In this document: positions 10,154 through 21,042 of the stretch, piece by piece
Layout: each line of letters begins with the position of its first letter
How positions within the stretch are numbered: the first letter of the stretch is position 1
Assembly (NCBI GenBank): GCA_001179505.1
Contig: CDMY01000528.1
Location: 1-57,288, forward strand
Direction: 5' to 3'
Source of the DNA: Vitrella brassicaformis CCMP3155
Taxonomy: Eukaryota > Protista > Chromerida
DNA length: 57,288 nt
Position numbers and translations under genes: made by a program
The notes under the pieces: model-generated
The model's input: only the letters and a program-made list of their open reading frames with translations
What the model was told of the DNA's origin: nothing
Databases searched by the model: none

Positions 10154-11904
10154 ATGGACAGTAGCCACGACGCCCCGGCTCCCTCGAGACGTGGGCGCCA
10201 AGAAGAGACCGACAGCAACAAACAGCATCGCGAAGCGGTGCGCACAAGTCCACACCCACACCCACACAGACACACAAACTCATTGATGTGTGTCGCTGGT
10301 CAGGTGCCTGATGATGACGGCGGCGCCAAGAAGCGTAGACGCGTAGACATCGGCCCTGCAGCTGGTGGTGGTGGTGCTGGTGGACACAGTGGAGGTACGC
10401 AAAGCATCGGCTGCTGTTGGTGGACTGCACATCGTCATGACCCTCCTGTGCTGTGTGTTGTGGTGCCTTCAGGTGGCTCGGTTGGTGCGGGTGGTGCTGC
10501 GGCAGAGTCACAGCAGCAACAGGGAGGTGCCATCTCACTGTCGGCAGATCTGACGGCCCCCATGCAGCACCCCAACCAGCAGCAGCAGCAGCAGCACCCC
10601 GTGTGGTACGTCTGCGCCCACCGCGGCAGCGATTTTCCGCTGCGGGATGTGCTGCATCTGAGGAAGACCTGCAAATGGGCCAGCGGCCTCTTCGGAGCGC
10701 CTCAGCTGCGGCAGCTGCTCAGCCAATGGACAACTGACGATGAACTCAGCACACAGGCGGGGCTGCGACGGACGGCCAACGGACAGCAGCTGCTGACATT
10801 CGACGACCAGCAGATGGGCGAGGGTGACCTGCTGGCAGCGCTGTGTGTGGCGGAGGCGGGCGGCTGGAGTGAGATGAGCGAGGCGGTCGAGCTGGCGGGG
10901 CAGTGCGGCAACTGCCAGCTGCCTGTGAGGCTCACTGCGGCCGATCTGCACCAATACCCAAACAAGACGGTAAGCCAACCGAGTGAGGGAGGGAGGAAGG
11001 GAGGGAGAGAGGGAGGGAGGATGGCTTTCAATCGGTGTGTGGTGTGTTGATGTGTTGTGTGTGCAGGCGTATTTGGCCGCTCCCCGTGTGTTGGCTCAGC
11101 TCAAGATGGTCGGCCCCCACATCCACTTCGGCGACAACACGACCTTTGAGCTCTTCCGCTACGGCAACACACTGCGGGCCATCAAGAACCAGGCCGCCTA
11201 CGAGATGGACATCAACCCGCCCCTCCCTGCCAACCACCTCTACCAACAGCACCGACAGCAGCACGACCCGCCAGTCCGCAGCCGCATCGGATATGCCCCG
11301 TCTGCGGGCTGGGTGGTGGCCGTGACTCCTTACAACTACTCATCTGTGTCGTCGTTTGTCAAGAGCATCGTCATCGACCACTTCGCGGGCACTCACCAGA
11401 TCAACACCACTGCCCGTACAATGGACAGGTCAGGCAGGGCATCACTCTGTTTGGCCATTGCCACGTCACATACGAGTGTGTGTACGTTGTGTGTGTGTGT
11501 GTGTCAGGCATGTCGACAACAACCAGCTGCACACCCTCATGACGCAGTCCCCCCACACACCAGTGGAGGGGTGCACCACGACCACATCATTCCGCCTCAC
11601 TGACTTTTTCGCTTACCGTCGTCTCGTCCTGACGGGCACCGGCCGCTCGTTCGTCGCATGGATCACCGTCGAGCTCCACCAACATCGGTCAGCCCAGCTC
11701 GGCACAGCGAGGGGGAGGGAATGCGGTGTCACTCTTATCTCTGTCCTCTGCTGTCATTTGGTTGCAGTGAGTGTTAAGGTCTTCACCACCGAGTCGGCTG
11801 TGTCTGGTGTGGGCGGCGCCTTCAAGGACCGCTTCCCAGTGACTTATCGGCTGGCGCGTGCGGTGCTGGGGACCGTCATCTCAGCCAGGATCTTCGGCCA
11901 ATAG
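10154..11904 (+). CDS. F-box-like lineage-specific family, copy A (in frame only if the last 80-nt intron is retained)
   Basis: Exons MDSSHDAPAP..|VPDDDGGAKKRRR..|GGSVG..HPVWYVCAHRGSDFPLRDVLHLRKTCKW..YPNKT|AYLAAPRVLAQLKMVGPH..|HVDNNQLHTL..|..FKDRFP..RIFGQ*; strongly similar to five other copies in the window. Confidence 0.7.
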
Positions 11905-13035
11905 CCAGCTGAGGTATGTGTGCATCAAACACGACTGAGACGAGCAGGTGATGCCGACACGACGTACCCAATGGTGTGCCTTCTATCATTCGGTGTGTGT
12001 CAGGCCGGGCGGCGGTGCTGATATTGGAGCGATCCGCCCGACATATTCTCTCTCGCCAGTGTGGGTTACCGGTAGATAGAGGCGGGCGGGCGGGGACTTC
12101 CTCTCGAGCCGTGTGGTCGTGTGGTGCCATGGTGTTGGGTGATGGATAGCTGGATGGCTCGATGGAATGCCTCTTCCTCTCCTCATGACACGTAAAGCTG
12201 TCAATCGTTTCCTTACACCTCTCTGCCCGTCCGTCTGTCTGTCTGTCTATCTCGCTCGGCCCTTTCTCTCTGTCGTGCTGCTGTCCCCTCCCCTCCGCTC
12301 CCCTCTCCCACTGCTCCCCCTCATGTGCAGTGGCCGACCAGACCGGTGAGGTGTGTGTGGGTCGGAGAGAGAGGACAGACAGACAGCACCAGAGGGGAGA
12401 TGGGCATACACAGCAAGGCACACACACGGTGGCCTGATTGAAGTTAAAGGGCGGTAGGTGCTGATGCCCTCGGCGAGCCCAAAGGCAGGCAGACAGACAG
12501 ACAGCCAGACAGCCAGATGGAATGATGAACGTGTTTAGTTGCATTGAGTGAGAGGAACGGTGTGCGTTTGATGGACGGCCGTATGGGGGATGTGTGTGTT
12601 CGTATGGCTGAATGCCTGGCTTTGCAATGCAACGAGTGAATAGTCTTACCTAATCTGATCGCATCCATCCGAAGCGCACCAAACATACGGTGTCTGTACC
12701 ATTACACGGGTCTCCATCTGTCTGTCTGTCTGTCTCTCGACGCCGCTGGGTGGCGGGCGGACAGGGAGCAGCACAACGTCAATCCATTCGCAGGCACGAT
12801 CTATGCACACACACACACATCACATACAAGGGGAACACCCACCACACCCACATCTGTCTGTCTGTCTGTCTGCCCCTCTCTCTGCCAGCTGCTTACTGAC
12901 TGTACAAGACACATAAAGCGAACAGCCGGCATGCAGACAGACGGGGAGGCAGGCAGGCAGGCAGGCAGGCAGGCCAGAGTGCACGCCAGCCACTAGCTAA
13001 GCTAACTAACGAGCTACGAGCGGGCAGCGAGAGCA

Positions 13036-14012
13036 TCAGAGCTCCTCAAAGATCGACCCAAACACGCCCGCGAAGGGGTCCACGTGCGGCTGTTGTCCCC
13101 TGTCCTCTGCAACCGCCGTCTTGTCGCTCCCTGCCACTGCCTGGTGCTCCTTGTTGTGCGCCTCCTCGGTGATGTACTCCTGCCCGTCGCTGGTCTTGCG
13201 CGTGGTCTTGGTCTTGACCGTGCCATTCGGCTCGGTCCACTTCTCTGTCACGATGGTCTCCTGCTTGCCGTTGACATTGCGGTGCGCCACGCTCTTGCTG
13301 TATCCCTTCTGGCTGGAAAACGACCCCCCGGAAGACGACGAGAATGACGAGAACGATGAGCTGCTCGAGCTGGAGAAAGACGTTGAGAAAGACGCCGACC
13401 CGCCCCCTCCCCCGCCACCGAATGCCGCGAAGGGGTCGGCATCGAACCCTTTGAACATGTCCTCAAATCCCTTGAAGAAGTCTTTGAACATCTCGTCGGC
13501 CTGGGCGAAGCTGAAGTGGTGCGCAGCGCCGAAGTCAAAGCCGCCAGCACCGCCAGCGAGGGAGGCGTCGTACTGTTTCCGCTTGTCGGGGTTGCTGAGG
13601 GTCTCGTATGCCTCGGCTATGCGGATAAACCGCTCCTCGGCCTCCTTCTTGTCACCTGCAGTGCAGCCACACAGCCGGCCACCGGTGACGTAATGGGCGG
13701 TAAGATATCTTCTCGCCAGGTGCGCAAGCGCTGACCTTGGTATTTGTCAGGGTGGTACTGCACGGCCATCTTGCGATACGCTTTCTTGATCTCGTCGTCT
13801 GTGGCCTTCTGCTCGACTCCCAACACGTCGTAGTAGGTCTCCTTCTCCTCGCCCGCCAGCGCCTGCGGACACACACATCACATCACACACAAAGAGATCG
13901 GGTCGTTCTCATTCATCGGCTGGCTGGAGGTGGGAGATGCGCTGACCAGGAAGGCACAGACGCCCAGCAAGATGCCGAGGAGCAGACGGAGATGCGATGC
14001 TGGAAACGCCAT
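13036..14012 (-). CDS. DnaJ/Hsp40 (J-domain + G/F-rich + Ser-rich), signal peptide, ends FEEL; probable ER-luminal J-protein
   Basis: [22 protein letters not shown]|ALA then YYDVLGV...[15 protein letters not shown]...[24 protein letters not shown] (HPD motif); G/F and poly-Ser region; C-terminal GSIFEEL*. Confidence 0.92.
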
Positions 14013-14329
14013 TGAGCCCACACACCACCTGTTGCTTTCGTACAGATCTCCCAAAGGACAGTCCTCGAGAGCTATCCAAACGCACCAGAAACCGCTGAGC
14101 ACGTCACTTTCTGCGATCGGCCGACGATGGCAAGCTTGCAAGAGGCGGGCCTTTCGAACGTGTGTGTGAGTGTCTGGAGTGCTCTCCTTGCTGTCGGGGC
14201 CATGGATCTACGCTGCCGATGATTCGACGCTGCAGAGTGGTACTCAAGGAGAGAGCGCACATCTTCCGACTGCCCGGATCTCCTCAACAGCACATCGACG
14301 AAGCATTCAGAAGCGCCGGTGCCCGCAAT

Positions 14330-15103
14330 ATGACCGACGCAGCAACGGAGTCGAAGCTGAGAGGTGCAGATGAGAAGAAATGACTCATGACGACGGTGTC
14401 ATTACTGTGTCTGTTCGTGCATAAGTGTGCGCAGGGTGCGTGGTGGGCTCGCTGGTTGCGGACGCTGCTGGGATGCCTTGCCACTGGGTGTATCCCAAGC
14501 TGCACAAGCCCACCTATGAGACCATGATCAGCGAGCATCCTGATGGGGCGTTGGAGTTCTCGACCACAACATACAACCCGTTTTATGGTCAGCGGCTTGG
14601 CGGATACGTGGCAGGAGTGACTGGTCAACCATTGTGATTGTGTGTATTTGTGTAGTTCTGCCTGTCGGCGACTTCTCAGGTGTGCAGTGGCCGCTCTGAT
14701 GGCCGATGGGTGTATGTGTTTCCGTCTGTTTGTCTGTCTGTGTGTGTGTGTGTGTGCGCGCGCGCGCAGGTTATGGCGACCAGAGCTACGTGTTGCTCAA
14801 GAGCCTGGTGGAAGCGAAAGGATGGAACAAGGTACGTGTGCCAATCAATGTCGAACAACGTCTCACAGGCACTCAACGGTCTCTTTCTCCCTCTCTGCCT
14901 GTGTGTGTGTGTGTGTCAGGAAGTGTACAAGAGGCTGTTATACGAGCATTTTGGCCCCGGCAGCAAGTACGAGCCGTCAACTATGGCGACGGACAGCTAC
15001 GAGCACGACGGCAAGACGGCCCAGAAGATCCCCGTGCACGTGAGTGTTCTATCGCGAGTGGTGGAGTATGTCGTCACACGATTCATTGTGAAGCGCAGAA
15101 AGG

Positions 15104-15139
<36 letters not shown>

Positions 15140-16172
15140 GAGGTCGATGTGTGAACATCTACATATCATGCACTGAGATGGCCACACCCACACAGACAGA
15201 GAGAGATCGCTCTTTCTTCGCCTGTGTCTTTTGCACCCCACCCAAATCCACCAGGGCGGCTGGCGGCACGCGTCCATCAAGGAGTTCCTGAAGCGCTACG
15301 GCGAGAGCGCATCAGTGACCGGTCTGGCCAAGGACGCCCAGATGGACGGCGTGGCCAAGGTGGCGCCCATGGTGGCTCTCTACGCCGGCAAGCCGGAGCT
15401 GCTGACGGCCGTGGAAGAGATGGTGCGCGTCACGCAACAAGACCCAATCGGTATGGATGGATGGATGGATGGATGGCTGGACACCAGGCCCTGCACAATG
15501 AAACACGTGTGTGTGTGTGTGCCTTTGTCAGCTGTGGAGTGCGCCAAGACGGCTGCCCACATCATGGAGCGCATCTTGCTGCAGGGCACGGGCGATGATG
15601 TGCCGTCTATCATGCCGGATCTGTTGCGCGAGGCCGACGAGGGGCTGCCAGACGGAGAGGCCACGACCAAACTGAAGAGGGGCCTGAAAGAGGTCAGACA
15701 GACAGACAGACCGACAGACTGGCGGGGATGAGCGTGTGTCTGGTGGGTGGATGCTGCTTCCTCATCTGCAGGTTGTGTCCTCCCTGGATGAGCCGTACGC
15801 CACCTTTGCCGTCAGAGAGACTGTTGGCCTCTCGTGTGAGCACGCAGCCATACACACACCCATCCGTCCATCCATTCATTCATTCATTCAGCAACCTGTC
15901 CGTGCGTGTGTGTAGGTACGGTGCCCAACAACCTGATCAACTCTCTCCACTGCTTTGCCACCGCCACCGCCACCGCAACGCTGTCATTCGAGCGCGTCAC
16001 TCGTGCGACCATGAAGGCTACCGGCTGCACCTGCTCGCGGCTCCTTTTCCTGGGCGCGTGTGTGGGTGCTGCAAAGGGCGAGGTGGCTGTGCCTGACGGG
16101 TGGCTGGCCAAGACCACCAGAGGCGAGGAAATAAGGGAGCTTGCCAGGCAGCTGGTCGACATGAGAACTTGA
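14330..16172 (+). CDS. SELENOJ: Selenoprotein J / J1-crystallin family protein (ADP-ribosylglycohydrolase fold), Cys form
   Basis: Spliced RGCVVGSLVADAAGMPCHWVY...NPFY...YGDQSYVLLKSLVE...HFGPGSKY...GGWRHASIKEFL...QMDGVAKVAPMVALYAGKPELL...VRVTQ...GCTCSRLLFLGACVGA; these motifs match my recollection of fish SelJ/jellyfish J1-crystallin. TGA stop at 16170-16172. Confidence 0.85.
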
Positions 16173-16703
16173 ATGTGACGGATAGCGAGCCGCGAGGGCG
16201 GTGCGTTGTATGTGTGTATCGTTTGTCTGTCGGCGTGTATCTATCGTGTGTGTTTCCTGTTTTTCCAGTTTGTGTGTGGATTGGCGGATTGGACATTATG
16301 AGCGTACGTGCGGACTCCACACACGGGCATTCAGCAGCAGTGTCCATCAGACGCATGGGTGTGCAAATACACACGCCATACTAAGCTGCGCATACGCCAC
16401 CTATCGATCACGCCGTCAGTCTTTCCTTCGAACGAGCCAGACAGACGGACACTCTGGTGTGAGCGGACATTAGGAAGAGGCAGACCATCCATTCATCCAT
16501 CCATTCATCCGGCTAGCACCACAAAACGGAGAGGAGGCTCACCATCTCCTCCCTCCGTCCACCACCCACACATTACAAGAGCGACAGATGCTAACACCAC
16601 CGCGCAGTCTGACACACACATGGAAAAACAAACAGCACCGAGCAGGTCATGAGCGCATGCATCATCGGATGGTGTCGTGGTGTTTGGTGCATACCTCGGC
16701 TGT

Positions 16704-18462
16704 CTATTGGCCGAAGACCATGGCTGAGATGATGTCCCCCAGCACCACACGCGCCAGCTGAGTGGTCTGCGGGAAGCGGTCCTTGAAGGCGCCACCCACA
16801 CCAGACACAGCCGACTCGGTCGTCCTGACGAACACACGCACTGCAAATGGATGACAAGAGAGGACAGAGATGAGAGTGAGTGCTGTATGTGTGGTGTATA
16901 GGCTTGTAAGCCCTGCCCCTCGCTGTGTCATGCTGGGCGCACCATTATTGTGATAGACCAGATCCTTGACGGTGATCCACGCGACGAAGGGGTGGCTGGC
17001 GTCGGTGAACACGAAATGACGACAAGTGCCAGTGCCACTGAAGCGGTCTGATGCGGTTGTGGTGCATCCCGCCACTGGTGTGTGGGGTGACTGTGTCAGC
17101 AGAGTGTCCAGCCGGTTGTTGGCAACACGCCTGACACCCACAACCCCCCCCCCCCACACACACTCATAACACACTTTCCTGTGTCGTGGCAACGCCCGCA
17201 TAGAGTGATGCCCTGCCTGACCTGTCGATGAGGATGTTCGGTCTGTTGATCTGGTGAATCGTCGCGAAGTGGTCGATGACGATCCTCTTGACACACGACG
17301 ACACTGACGAGTAGACCCAATCAAAGCGCAACGGCCGCCAGCCCTCGGGCGACAACGGCCGATAGTCGATCCTGCTGCGGACGGGCGGGTCGTGCGGCTG
17401 TCGGTGTTGCTGATAGGGGTGGTTGGGAGGGAGGGGCGGGTCGATGTCGATCTCGAAGCCGTCCTGGTCCTTGATGGCCATCAGTGTGTTGTCGTGCTGG
17501 AACAGCTGGAAGGTCACGCCGTCGCCGAAGTCGATGTGGGGGCCGACCATCTTGAGCTGAGCCAACACACGGGGAGCGGCCAAATACGCCTGCACACACA
17601 ACACATCAACACACCACACACCGATTGACAGCCATCCCTTCTCCCTCCCTCCCTCCCTCCCTCCCTCGGTTGGCTTACCGTCTTGTTTGGGTATTGGTGC
17701 AAATCAGCGGCCGTGAGCCTCACAGGCAGCTGGCAGTTGCCGCACTGCGCCGCCAGCTCGACCGCCTCGCAGATCTCACTCCAGCCGCCCGCCTCCGTGA
17801 CACACAGTGCCGCCAGCAGGTCACCCTTGCCCATCTGCTGGTCGTCGAATGTCAGCAGCTGCTGTTCGTTGGCCGTCCGCCGCAGCCCCGCCTGTGTGCC
17901 GAGCTCATGGCTGAGCCGCTGCCGCAGCTGAGGCGCTCCGAAGAGGCCTCTTGCCCTACTGCAGGTCTCCCTCAGACGCAGCACATCCCGCAGCAGAAAA
18001 TCGCTGCCGCGGTGGGCGCAGACGTACCACACGGGGTGCTGCTGCTGCTGCTGCTGGTTGGAGTGCTGCATGGGGGCCGTCAGATCTGCCGACAGTGAGA
18101 TGGCACCTCCCTGTTGCTGCTGTGACTCTGCCGCAGCACCACCCGCACCAACCGAGCCACCTGAAGGCACCACACAGCACAGGAGGGTCATGACGATGTG
18201 CAGTCCACCAACAGCAGGGGATGCTTTGCGTACCTCCGCTATGTCCACCAGCAGCAGCAGCAGTATGGCTGATGTCTACGCGTCTACGCTTCTTGGCGCC
18301 GCCGTCATCATCAGGCACCTGACCAGCGACACACATCAATGAGTTTGTGTGTCTGTGTGGTTGTGGACTCGTCCGCACCGCTTCGCTATGCTGTTTGTTG
18401 CTGTCGGTCTCTTCTTGGCGCCCGCCTCTCGAGGGAGCCGGGGCGTCGTGGCTACTGTCCAT
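16704..18462 (-). CDS. F-box-like family, copy B (apparently intact)
   Basis: Same exon structure as copy A; no stop or frameshift found across ORFs 17956-18504, 17514-18248, 17164-17619, 16704-17324; ends AMVFGQ*. Confidence 0.8.
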
Positions 18463-19578
18463 CTGACGAACACGGTCAACCTCCTGCACCAAGGAAGCAG
18501 CCACACAGCGAGATGGGATGCAGTCATCAGTGTGCCTGTACTCTCAGTCTGCCCACTCACTGCTCAGTGTGTGAGTTTTGGCGTCAGCTTCTGGGCTGAA
18601 TCTGACACCAGCCATCAAGAAGCAGCCCGACTGGTCACTGCTGCCCGCCGCACAGGTACAGAACCTCTCACTCAGCCCGTCAGATCTGACAGCCCACACA
18701 CCGCACAGCCACGCAGGGAGGGAAGGGAATGCGTTGCCTGTCGTTTCCATCTGTCATGGATCATCTGTCTGTCTGCCTGTTTGTGTGGTTTCGACCTCGC
18801 TGGTTGAATCAGCACTGTGAAGCAGCGGCTCACGAAGCAGCGGGAGGTCTCGTGGTCTTACCGATGATGATGCGAGAGGTCGACCATCAAACCGAACCGT
18901 TTGTGCGACCTGCCAATCGATATCGCGAGCATTTGGGGAATTGGCCAGGAAAAATTTGCGTTTTGCACGACTGAGCCTACGTGCAGCATTCGCACGTGCT
19001 ACCAGCATGGGATTGCCGCCTGGGAAGGAACTCCTCGGGCCTCGGCGTGGCATATGTATCGGGCCTGGCAGCAGGATGACGCCACCAGAGAGCTCTCGAC
19101 TCATCGCTGGTGCCTTCGAGTTCCTCGAACCTATGTTGCTCAGCCGGTCGTGCGATGCTGCAGCAGCAGCAGCCGACGCTACATGACAACTGCTACATGG
19201 CCTGCACCTTGCGAAATACGGAGGAATCCACCCTTTGCTCACATGGTCCGTTTTGAGCGAAAGAATAGGGTACGCTGAAAGCCAGATCCAGGAGCCGTGC
19301 TGTCGCACTCCTGCTTGTTTACGCTTGTTGTGGAGTGCAAATACCCAGCAAGAAGCTCGTTGGCCGAGCAGCCGACGGGTTCGCTGGGTTCCCCCTGGCG
19401 ACGTGTGTGGCGTGGGTGGCTGCGTGACTGAGAGGGCATCGTCATCTCGGCACTCAGAGTTGCTCATTTGCACCGACACCACCCGCAGCGGATCAGGTAC
19501 GAGTGCACAAAGAGAGGGTGGATGCATGTGCCTGTCGGCGATGCAGACGGCGGCTGTGTTATGCTGTCACATCAGATT

Positions 19579-20529
19579 ATGGACGGCTACGGCTACGGTG
19601 CCCATCCCCAGAACGACTACATCAATCAGGATACGCCGCCATACGCTCAGCCAGATGACATCAACGGTAGGCATTTCCCATTGTCAGCTGGGTGCTGCGT
19701 CGCTGTACATGCCCTCTCTGTCTGTCTGTGTGTGCAGAAGTCGCGGCCAACACGCTCGTTGCCGACTGGCAGAGGGCCACAGAGAAGCCGACCATCGTCT
19801 ACATAACGCCAGACGGCACCTGGGTGGCCTACCAGCAGCGCTCTCACACCAAGCTGCCCCGCCACACGCCCGTCTGTCTGAGACTCAGAAGCCTTCCCCA
19901 TTGGCCACAAGACACCACAATCTACATCACACCCACACGGAGAGACGACATGATGACAGACCAGCAGAAGGATGACAGCCGCCAGCGCGGTGGGCGGGGC
20001 CGCGAGTTCGACTACGACCAGATCGTGTTTGGGAAGATTGGCCGACTCAGTGACGACGAGAGCCATCCGATGGCGCGTGGCCGGTGGGGCGGCAAGCCTT
20101 TTTCCTTCCGCTATGCGCCCGACGAGGCCGTTGGGGCGGGGCGGCTGCGCAAGACGGTCAACCGCTGTGTGTGCGGGATGCTCAACATGAAGCAGGACCA
20201 CCACCAGACAAACCACCACAATGCAGCGAAGAAGACCGAGGCCAAGAAACGACGCAGTGACATCAAAGTGAGGCAGGTCGGGCGTCACTGCGTTGTGTCA
20301 TGTGTTGGCTCGTGCGTGATTTCTCGGCTTGTGTGTCAGGCGGCCAAGGCGGCCAAGGTTCTCAAACACACCAACCAGACAAGTGGGAGCACACCAATGC
20401 ACGGTGCAAAGCAGCATCCTCATGTGTCTTGTTTGCACTGCTGTGGGTGCAGTGCCGCCCGAGACGCCATCCAATGGGGAATCATCGGCCGACAACTTCG
20501 TCGACAACGTATTCAACACGCCACTGTGA
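19579..20529 (+). CDS. Hypothetical protein (5' exons probably further upstream)
   Basis: In-phase exons MDGYGYGAHPQNDY..ING|EVAANTLVADWQ..EFDYDQIVFGKIGRL..KKRRSDIK|AAKAAKVLKHTNQT|MPPETPS..NVFNTPL*; no family recognised. Confidence 0.6.
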
Positions 20530-21042
20530 TGATGATTTTGGTTTACGAGGAGGTGTCTAGCTACCGGAGAGGTGTGCACCTGTGCCTGTGTATGTGAGTG
20601 CGTGAGGGTGTGTATGTGCGTGTCCGTGTTGACTCACTGTTGAGCGGTTTTGGTCCTACCTTTATCTACTATCGAGCACTGATAGAATGAGGGAGGACCT
20701 CTCTCATTCTATTGAATGAATGTAACGTCCGGTCTGCGCGTCCACACAGCACATTGCCCACACCACGAAGGGGGCAACGCGCAAGAGTTCCCATACGAAA
20801 CATACACAGGTCCCCAAGAAATGCCTTCGATGGCTTCACGCACATGCGCGGGGTCCGTACTGCAAGATGCACATGATGCATTATGCACATGCAAAGAATA
20901 CAGCAAGCAGAGAAGGCGAGGAGTGCCAATTGAGTGCGTGTACCGATTAGACACGCTTATCTATCTACAGCAACAAACCAAAGGCAGGTGTGTCTCCCTC
21001 CCTCCCGGGTGGGGTGTGTGCATGACACACGCCTCCCACCCA

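Noticed and set aside
11275-11345. Diversity-generating retroelement behind the hypervariable loop
   Set aside because: Differences include indels and all four bases rather than adenine-specific changes; no template repeat or reverse transcriptase is visible in the window.
14330-16300. Selenoprotein with UGA-Sec and SECIS
   Set aside because: The Sec-equivalent codon splices to TGT (Cys), and no in-frame TGA is needed.
9700-18930. Composite transposon with copies A and B as terminal IS-like arms
   Set aside because: The arm-encoded protein shows no DDE/HUH/RT motif, I found no TSD, and the enclosed genes look like ordinary single-copy genes; kept only as an inverted duplication.
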